Below are positions 35,020 to 42,916 of a DNA stretch of 42,916 nt, piece after piece (the first letter of the stretch is position 1; each line of letters begins with the position of its first letter). The stretch comes from Chiloscyllium plagiosum (taxonomy: Eukaryota). The translations under genes were made by a program, and so were the position numbers. The DNA lies in contig NW_025214396.1 in assembly GCF_004010195.1 (NCBI RefSeq), positions 1 through 42,916 of the forward strand. Reading direction: 5' to 3'. The notes beneath the pieces were generated by a model that was not told the DNA's origin, searched no databases, and was given only the letters and a program-made list of their open reading frames with translations.

Positions 35020-35645
35020 TGCAAGAAGAAGAGAAAAGCAGCATGTTGTTTAACTGGTGAAAGATCACAAAATCCTCAGGTAAAGAGGGATTGTGGGACA
35101 CAAGTCACAAAGTTAGTACACAGATACAGCAAGTGATCAGAGAGGCGAACTCAAAGTTGTTTGTTGCGGGGGGAATGAAACAGGCATGTTTCACTTCAGT
35201 AGTGTACAGCATAGGTGAGACCACATCCCGTGTGTTGCATATAGGGATGGTCTTTATATTTAATAAATTATTAGAAAGCAGTTTCAGGAAATGTTCACTA
35301 GTTTGATATCTGAGATACTAGGTTATCAAATGAGAAAAGGCTAGACCTATGTTCATTGAGGGTTAGATGATTGACATGTGATATCATTGAGAAATGTAAG
35401 ATTTGGAAGGAATAAGGTGGATGTTGAAAAGGTGATTGCTCTTGTGGGAGAGACGAGACATACGGACTAAGTTTTAAAGAAGGGGGCTTCCTACTTAAAA
35501 CAGAGATGAGCAGCCATGTTTTTCTCAGGAGATTGTGTCTTTGGAACTCTCTTACCAGGGGAGCTGTGAATATTGGTACGGCAGACGTAGATAGATTCTG
35601 GACGAACAAAGAAGTCAAAAGTTGCTGAAGGTAGACAGGAATGTG
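35020..35645 (+). mobile_element. Decayed CR1 3' region
   Basis: QIQQVIREAN, KTEMSSHVFL, LWNSL motifs. Confidence 0.7.
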
Positions 35646-35774
35646 GGCCCAGATTTTTCAGTTTCCACATAGTTAGAGATTGGACATAACCAGGAAGGTT
35701 GGGACCATGCGGAAGTCCAGATGCATTGTCAACATGGGAATTACCTGGGGAGTCGAAACTTCCCTGAATAATTA

Positions 35775-35878
35775 GTTAAAAACCACACAACACTAGGTTG
35801 TAGTCCTTTGTATAACCTGGTGTTGTGTGATTTTTAACTTTGTATAGCCAGTCCAACACCAGGACCTCCAAATAATGA
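35775..35878 (+). mobile_element. Short palindromic Penelope pLTR piece
   Basis: GTTAAAAACCACACAACACTAGGTT...AACCTGGTGTTGTGTGATTTTTAAC inverted arms; same family as 14675. Confidence 0.8.
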
Positions 35879-35884
35879 GTAATT

Positions 35885-36100
35885 ACACAGAATTACAGAA
35901 GTGTTACAGTAGAGAGGAGGCTGTTCGGCCCATTGTGCCTGCTCTGACTCGTTAAGTGAGCTTCATCGGGTAGTGCCAGTCTCCTGCCTTTTTCTCATAG
36001 CCTTGAACATTATTTTAATCCGAATAATCATCCAATGCCTTCCTGAATGCCTCAATTGAATCTACCTCCATCACATTTCCAAGTAGTGCATTCCGTACCC
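35885..36100 (-). mobile_element. CR1 3' end
   Basis: CACAGAATTACAGAA tail; GTAGTGCATTCC (WNAL antisense). Confidence 0.65.
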
Positions 36101-36377
36101 TAATTATTTATGCATGTTTGTGTGCATTAGAATCTGTGTATTTGGATGTGTACCACATTTGTGTAGACATCTGTGTCTGAGTGTCTGTGAAAGTGTGTGT
36201 ACATCTCTGTTTCAGTGACATATTCCCACTTTTGCTCCATATCCCTTGTTGTCTTTAATATCTAAGAAAAATCAAATAATTTCTTGACTATACTCAGTGA
36301 TCCAGCCTCCACAGTCTTCAATAGCAGTGAATTCCACAGGTAAACTGCTCTCTCTGGGAAGAAGTGTTTCCCCCATC

Positions 36378-36881
36378 CCCCACCCGGACGAACCAACCCA
36401 ACCACCCTGTAGCACAGCATTTCAACTCCCCCTCCCACTCCACCGAGGATATGCAGGTCATTGGACTCATCCACCGCCAAACCAAAACAACGCGACGGTC
36501 GGAGGAGGAGCGTCTTATCTTCCGACTGGGAACCCTCCAACCACAGGGGATGAACTTGGACTTCACCAGTTTCTTCATCCCCCCTCCCCCCACCTTGTCT
36601 CAGCCGAATCCCTCCAGCCCGGTACCGCCTTCCTGACCTGCAGTCTTCTTCTTGACCTCTCCGCCTCCATCCTACTCCGACCTATCACCCTCACCTTGAC
36701 CTCTTTCCACCTATCACATTTCCAACGCCCCTCCTCCAAGTCCCTCCTCCCTACCTTTTATCTTCTCCTGCTGAACACTCTCTGCTCATTCCTGAAGAAG
36801 GGCCTGTGCCCGAAACGTCGAATCTCCTGTTCCCTGGATGCTGCCTGACCTGCTGTGCTGTTCCAGCAATAAAGTTTCAAC
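36378..36881 (+). mobile_element. Penelope-like element 3' end (GIY-YIG C-terminus plus pLTR) with 11-bp TSD
   Basis: HPVAQHFNSPSHSTEDMQVIGL...EEERLIFRLGTLQPQGMNLDF; TSD TTTCCCCCATC at 36367 and 36882. Confidence 0.92.
36788..36823 (+). ncRNA. Minimal type I hammerhead ribozyme motif (best preserved)
   Basis: AUUC-CUGAAGA-A-GGGC(CUGU)GCCC-GAAA-CG-UC-GAAU; stems I and II perfect, GUC cleavage triplet. Confidence 0.82.
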
Positions 36882-37060
36882 TTTCCCCCATCTCAGACCG
36901 GAATGGCTTACTCTGTACCCTAAGACTGCGAACCCTGCTTCTATATTCCCCAATTAAGGGAACACCCTAACTAAAAACTGAAAAGAACTGTGGATGCTGG
37001 AAATCCATAACAAAAATAGATATTGCTGGGCAAGTTACTGGACTCGAAATGTTAACTCTG

Positions 37061-37366
37061 GGGCGACACGGTGGATCAGTGGTTAGCACTGCAGCCTCAC
37101 AGTGCCAGGGACCTGGGTTTGATTCCAGCCTTGGACAACTGTCTATGTGGAGTTTGCATGTTCTCCCCATGTCTGTGTGCGTTTCCTCCCACAATCCAAC
37201 AATGTGCAGGTCAGGTGAGGAATTGGCCATACTAAATTGCTCGTAGTGTTAGGTGCATGAGTCGGGGTAAATGCAGGGGAATGGGTCTGGGCAGGTTACT
37301 CTTCGGAGGGTCAATGTGGACTTGTTGGGCTGAATGGCCTGTTTCCATACTGTAGGTAATCTAATC
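37061..37366 (+). mobile_element. HE1 SINE nested in a short Penelope-derived element (36975-37432)
   Basis: GGGCGACACGGTGGATCAGTGGTTAGC head; host element reads GTTAACTCTG|TTTCTCTCCATAGATGCTGCCAGACC across the insertion. Confidence 0.9.
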
Positions 37367-37590
37367 AAAAAACGTTTCTCTCCATAGATGCTGCCAGACC
37401 TGCTGAGCTTTTATTGTAATTTCCATTTTTGTTAAGGGAACATCCTCCCTAGTCTGTCTAGCCCGGTTAGTGTTTTATACATTTCAGTCAGATCCGCTCT
37501 TAGTTAGATCCCTCTCGATCAAAAAAAATTCTCCTTAGAGGACAGAACCTGCTATCTCTGGTATCAGCCTCGTGAATGTCTGCCACAATT

Positions 37591-37637
37591 CCTCCATGAC
37601 ACTTCTTCCATGACACGTCCTCCATGACACTTCCTCC
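37591..37637. repeat. 14-bp tandem repeat, about 3.4 units
   Basis: CCTCCATGACACTT units. Confidence 0.85.
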
Positions 37638-37974
37638 CTGCCTTTCTTAGGCAGGGAGATCAAAACTGCACACAATTCTCCAGGTATAAACTCACCAAAG
37701 CTCTGTATAACTGCAGTAAGACAGCACTACTTCTGAGCTCAAACTCTCTATTAACGAAGGCTAACTTACCATTTACCATCCTAGTTGCATGTTGCAACTG
37801 CCTGTTAACTTTCATTGGCTGGTGTCCAAGGTGACCTGATTCCATTGTACATTCACACTTCCTTTCACTTCACCATTGAAATAATACTCTTCCTTTCCAT
37901 TTTTCACACCTACGTGTATAACGTGATGTTTATCTATGCCATACCTTGCCTTGGCTGGAGTAGGAGTTACCCGC

Positions 37975-39320
37975 CATAGATTCCAATGGAAGTACCATCC
38001 TCCATGTTCTAAGGCCAACAAGAATTATAGATATGTCTGGGACAGACAGCCCATCTCAGACAGCTGTTCCCATTGCATCCTTCTCAGGAGACAGGCACGA
38101 GCTGCAACTGACAGGGTACCGTTCATTGTTCAGTATTTCCCAGGAGCCAAAAACTACGCCATGTTCTTCGCGACCTGCAATACATTAGCAATGAGGATGA
38201 GCACCTCACCAAGACCTTCCCCACACTTCCACTTCTCACCTTTAAACAGCCATCAAATCTCAAACAGATCATTGTTCGCAGCAAACTGCCTGGCCTTCAG
38301 GACAACACCAAACAACCTTGTCATGGTAGATGCTGCAAGATGTGTCAGTGTGTCAACACGGATACCACTATTACACGTGGGGACACCTCCCACCATGTAC
38401 ATGGCAGGTACTCATGAGACTCGGCCAACATTGTCTATCTCATACGCTGCAGGCAAGGATGCCCTGAGACATGATACATTGGTGAGATCAAGCAGAGGCT
38501 ACTGCAACGGATGAATGGACATCTCACAACAACCAACAGACAGGAGTGTTCCCTCCCAGTCGGAGAACACTTCAGCGGTCCGGGACATTTGACCTTGGAC
38601 CTTCAGGTGACACACACACAATCACACACACACCCACACTCCTATTGACACACATGCTCTCTCTCATGCGCTCACAAATACACTCCCACACTCATGTACA
38701 CTCACCCTCTCACAGACTTAAAACCCTTTATACTCATACTCACACACGCATATACACACACTCTCTCACAGATACTCATACACCTCCCCCCCACCCCCCA
38801 CCCCCCCCCCCCCACACACACACACACATTTGTGGCGTAAATTTGTACTTGCAAAATTACATTTTATTTTGCTCAAAAACAACATGAATCCATGTAAGAT
38901 TCTGTAAATCCTTTTTTTACATTATAATCAGTCTGAACATTGGGGCACAGACAGCCTCACACAGGGCACCTCACATCTTCAATGCATTATCTGGGCCAAC
39001 ATGGCACCTATTGTTAAAGTTCCCTTGTGAATGTAAGTTTAAAAAACGTTCTGGGATTTACATATGAAAGAACTGAGACCAACATGCCCATTCTAAAAGA
39101 TGAGATACTTAACAAACAATCCAGGACTTTTTCAGTATACAATTTCAGTTACATCACATTGTAAACTTTTGCTACAAATTCTGTGTCTTACGATCTTATA
39201 TTCCGCAACCACATGATGAAGGAGCAGCGCTTTGAAAGCTAGTGCTTCCAAATAAACCTTTTGGACTATTATCTGGTGTTGTGTGATTTTTAACTTTATA
39301 CCCCAACACCTCCATGCCAT
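37975..39320 (+). mobile_element. Penelope-like element, GIY-YIG endonuclease region plus pLTR (decayed)
   Basis: DRVPFIVQYFPG; SANIVYLIRCRQGCPET*YIGEIKQRLLQRMNGH...PVGEHFSGPGH; (CA)-rich tract; hammerhead with C3A change at 39210-39244. Confidence 0.92.
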
Positions 39321-40300
39321 TGCATCCTGAGGTTCACATTCAGTGCCATGTGCCGTTATAGGAACACTCTTGACCTCTCCCTCCATCAGCACTGCCTCAA
39401 ACTATCTCAAAGCTTCCCCAGTCCCCCATTCCATTTTATTCTTCGTGTCCTTCGATATTGTCACAGGAAACTTTTTCTTTTCCTTTCCGATGTTAAGGAA
39501 CACAAACTCCAAAAACTCTCAGATGCCCTTACAAATTCTTCCTTCCCTCCCCTTCCCTCCGACTCCATCCGTTGATCTAATTTCATTCCTTGCTGTGTAT
39601 TCACTCTATCCTCTGACCTTCCCCTTTTAATGCTGGGTATAGGTCTTCAACAAAAGACTTCGCTTTCTCCCTTTATACTTCCATCTAAAGGTATTTTGAG
39701 CACGATGTGCATTGAATGTTTCTTCTTGACGTTTTTCCCTCTGTACCTATTCCTTTGGACTGGACTCCTCTCCCCTTCACCCATCTCCAGTACTCCCCCT
39801 CCCTCTAACCTTGTACCCGCACATGATCTCCTCAAATGCGAGCTGTCAATGTGACATTAATTTCTCTGCTGCCCAGACCACTCTGACCTTTGAACTCGCT
39901 GCATTCTATTCCCTCAGGCTAACCTCAGTCCCGAGGGCAGTACAGTGATTGTCTGGCAAGCTGCCCTCTACTTGACAGATGGTGAGCACCAACTCTCAGG
40001 TACTTGCTCCTCTCTCTGCCCTGGATGATGACCCCACCATTGAACATCTCGCTAGACTGTCGCTGACCTCACCTTCTTGGAGATCTCCCCTCCTCAGCTT
40101 TCAACAACATAGTCCCCCAACCCCATACATCCCACTTCTAACTCCTTCCCAAATTAAACAAGCAGGACTGCTTTGGCAGACCCATCACATCAACCATTTC
40201 CTGCCCCAGTGAACTTTGCTCTTTTGGCCTTGATTTTATTTTGCTCTCTCCTTGCTGAGTTTCTGTCCACACCTGATTCTTCTGACATTTTAAGTCAGCG

Positions 40301-40671
40301 TATGGAAAATTAACAAAAATAACATTTCCTCTGTAATCCATTTCCTCTGAATTTAAAACTTTCTGACACTTTGCTACTTTGCTGAAGTCTGCAGTCGAGG
40401 GACAGCTTGTCTCTGCGGAGCTTTGTAAACATTCAACAAGAGAAAAATATAAGAGCAGTATGTCCACAACAAGGGAATGAAAGACAGTCTTTGTCCTTGA
40501 TAGTGTGGTAAGAAATGGCATAAGAAGAATTTCTGAATTATGCTCAGGGCCCTTGCACAAGGCATTTTTGCCAAGTGCATGTGGTCCTTCTGCAATGCAG
40601 AGGTTAAAAAATTAATAAAGCTTTTTGGTTGCTCTTGCTAATAGTTGAGTCGAGTCCATTTAATTTCCACA
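40301..40671 (+). mobile_element. Probable solo LTR (371 bp)
   Basis: TATGGAAAATTAA...TTAATTTCCACA inverted termini, TATAAG at 40448, AATAAA at 40614; interrupts the Penelope RT; TSD not clean. Confidence 0.65.
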
Positions 40672-40774
40672 GCAGTCAGTTCCACAATTCCCGGTTTTCT
40701 AATTTTACCCACCTGCTCTTTCCCATGGATATGCAATCCCTCTATGTGTCCAATTCCCACGGGGTTGGTAAGAT

Positions 40775-40920
40775 TTGATTAATTTGTTGTTGCGTGTATC
40801 TGGTGACAAAATTCAGTGAAAACTGGTATATAGTGTCGTCAAGCTCCAGCTCCATCATAACACAGAAAAATAAACCAATTCACAGAATATAAACACAGAT
40901 AAATGAAGAAATAAAGAACT
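40775..40920 (-). mobile_element. Unclassified retroposon 3' fragment
   Basis: Homologous to 27640-27785 and 4090-4225. Confidence 0.6.
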
Positions 40921-41079
40921 GAATGCTCTCCACTTCTTCCTTAAACAGTCTCCATCCAACACTACCCTCCTCTGCCACGCTGAGCCCAACCTCACTTTGA
41001 ACAGATGTTTCTTGAACTCATCTCAGTTTCTCCATGTTGAAGTGTGGGGACGGGTACTGAATGTTGTATTAGGAGGCAC

Positions 41080-41900
41080 CAATGAGGGACCACGAAGCAC
41101 ACAAGGAAGCAGACTGGGGTGTGGGGGCAGTGAGGGAACAGACAGGGGCTGGGGCAATATTGAGGGAGCAGTAAGGGGATGGGGGGATAGTGAGGGAGCA
41201 GCGAGCGGACAGGGGAATGTGATGGAGCAGTGAGGGGCTGGGGGAGATAGTGAGGGAGCAGTGAGNNNNNNNNNNNNNNNNNNNNNNNNNNNNNNNNNNN
41301 NNNNNNNNNNNNNNNNNNNNNNNNNNNNNNNNNNNNNNNNNNNNNNNNNNNNNNNNNNNNNNNNNNNNNNNNNNNNNNNNNNNNNNNNNNNNNNNNNNNN
41401 NNNNNNNNNNNNNNNNNNNNNNNNNNNNNNNNNNNNNNNNNNNNNNNNNNNNNNNNNNNNNNNNNNNNNNNNNNNNNNNNNNNNNNNNNNNNNNNNNNNN
41501 NNNNNNNNNNNNNNNNNNNNNNNNNNNNNNNNNNNNNNNNNNNNNNNNNNNNNNNNNNNNNNNNNNNNNNNNNNNNNNNNNNNNNNNNNNNNNNNNNNNN
41601 NNNNNNNNNNNNNNNNNNNNNNNNNNNNNNNNNNNNNNNNNNNNNNNNNNNNNNNNNNNNNNNNNNNNNNNNNNNNNNNNNNNNNNNNNNNNNNNNNNNN
41701 NNNNNNNNNNNNNNNNNNNNNNNNNNNNNNNNNNNNNNNNNNNNNNNNNNNNNNNNNNNNNNNNNNNNNNNNNNNNNGCTGGGGAGATGGTGAGGGTTCG
41801 GAGAGAGGATGGGCTACTAGTTAGGGAACAGTAAGGGGCTGGGGGGGATGTCAGGGAGGAGCGAGGGGCTGGTGGGGATGGCGAGGGAGCAGCAAGGGGC
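41080..41900. repeat. G-rich ~30-bp minisatellite spanning the gap
   Basis: Units like GTGAGGGAGCAGTGAGGGGCTGGGGGAGATA on both sides of the N run. Confidence 0.8.
41266..41777. other. Assembly gap (512 N)
   Basis: N run. Confidence 1.
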
Positions 41901-42589
41901 AGGAATTGGTTCCACCTGAATAAAACACAGGCTGGTGTGAGCGTGGGAATTGAGGACCAACTGCTGTGACTGAGGGTATGGAAAAGAAATCTCTCATCTG
42001 CTCTTGTCTCTGTCATCTCTGAGTAACAAATATCCAGTGATTAGCAGACATCATTGAGGCACAGTTGGTGACTAATGATATTCTAGCAATGATTCGTTGA
42101 TTGGTCTGTGGCTGGTATCAACAATGAATTATGAGGAAAGGACAGCAGTGTGTTTGCAGCAATAATTACAGGGTTGGCCTCTAATCAATAAACGTAGAAT
42201 CAAATGAAGATGTGAATTATACCAGCAGCAGAATGCTAGACTTACACTGCACTGAAAGCTTTAGATCAAAGCAATGACTCACCGTTTGAATTTGTTTCTT
42301 GTTTGAATATTCATGCTCAACATCAAAGGAGGATCAAGATTTAATTTACTGTGATTCTGTGAAGGCGCAATGGAACGGGTGGATAAATCTAATCTCATGA
42401 ATGTTAGAAGTTGAGCATTCCGTATCGGTCCTGCATAATGTAAACCAAATGAGATTTAATTATGTTCCTAAAGGGAACAGAGTTTCAATTAGAAAAAAGG
42501 TGTTTACAAAACAGGTAAAGGTTGGGAGCGAAGGTTGGAGATCCCTGGCAAAGTTTGTACACAAGTACGTTAGTGATTGGGTTCTGGTC

Positions 42590-42684
42590 GAAGAGTTACA
42601 GAGGTGTACAACCTCTATGGAAACAGACACTTCGGTCTAACCCGTCCATGCCGACCAGATTACCTAAATTAATGCAGCCCCACT
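42590..42684 (-). mobile_element. CR1 3' UTR fragment
   Basis: ATGGAAACAGACACTTCGGTCTAACCCGTCCATGCCGACCAGA. Confidence 0.75.
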
Positions 42685-42916
42685 AACGATTCAACCTGCA
42701 TTTAGTGAAATGTCTCTCGGCACACTGTGCTATTTGGAGAGAATTTTTATTTCGGAATGCCATGAAGCAAGACAAAAGGTCGATTTTGAGTGTGATTTGT
42801 AGGTTTAATGCCCCATTGAAGCTGACTGGAATTAGATGGGTTGTATAATTACCAGCTGCGATCCACGATTAAGCCCAGGTAACAGTTCTCCATGCTTTTC
42901 CCAGTCCAGTCCAGTC

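Larger units (their letters stand above)
36220..37945 (-). mobile_element. CR1 LINE 3' region fragmented by three nested insertions
   Basis: FFPERAVYLWNSL (36330-36375), resumes at 36882 and 37432; LLQLYRALVSLYLENCVQF. Confidence 0.75.
39335..41050 (+). mobile_element. Old Penelope-like RT fragment with two nested insertions
   Basis: FYLLPKIHK-like (40135), RPITSTISCPSE, LLFPMDMQSLYVS (40714), LTLN.CFLNSSQFL motifs. Confidence 0.8.

Noticed and set aside
960..37366. tRNA-like heads as tRNA genes
   Set aside because: All continue into V-SINE bodies and tails, with no complete cloverleaf or terminator
40138..40560. 140-aa minus-strand ORF as a host gene exon
   Set aside because: It lies within a probable solo LTR and runs into Penelope sequence; no recognisable protein
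41069..42016. Long 315-aa and 187-aa ORFs
   Set aside because: Artefacts of the N gap and the minisatellite
1..42916. CRISPR array, operon or other prokaryotic system
   Set aside because: No regularly spaced repeats or dense ORFs; the content is vertebrate retrotransposon DNA

Overview
Vertebrate, repeat-dense non-coding DNA (intergenic or deep intronic). The repeat content points to a cartilaginous fish, most likely a shark: HE1-type V-SINEs, many CR1/HER1 LINE fragments, Deu-domain SINEs and Penelope-like elements. I found no convincing host protein-coding gene; every ORF I recognise is a decayed transposon fragment (CR1 ORF1/EN/RT, Penelope RT and GIY-YIG, RTE, Harbinger transposase). The strongest hidden signal is a dispersed set of about 10 minimal type I hammerhead ribozyme motifs from at least three Penelope-like families. 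Several have intact catalytic cores and covarying stem II, and some sit in ~90-bp inserts that are little more than the ribozyme plus a tail. Other notable structures are a 69-bp templated inversion inside a SINE, a head-fused inverted SINE pair, a 49-bp flanking duplication, solo LTRs, an unclassified non-autonomous retroposon family, and repeat-free islands that look like enhancers. There is a 512-N assembly gap at 41266-41777. Repeat boundaries were read by eye and are approximate unless a TSD is given.
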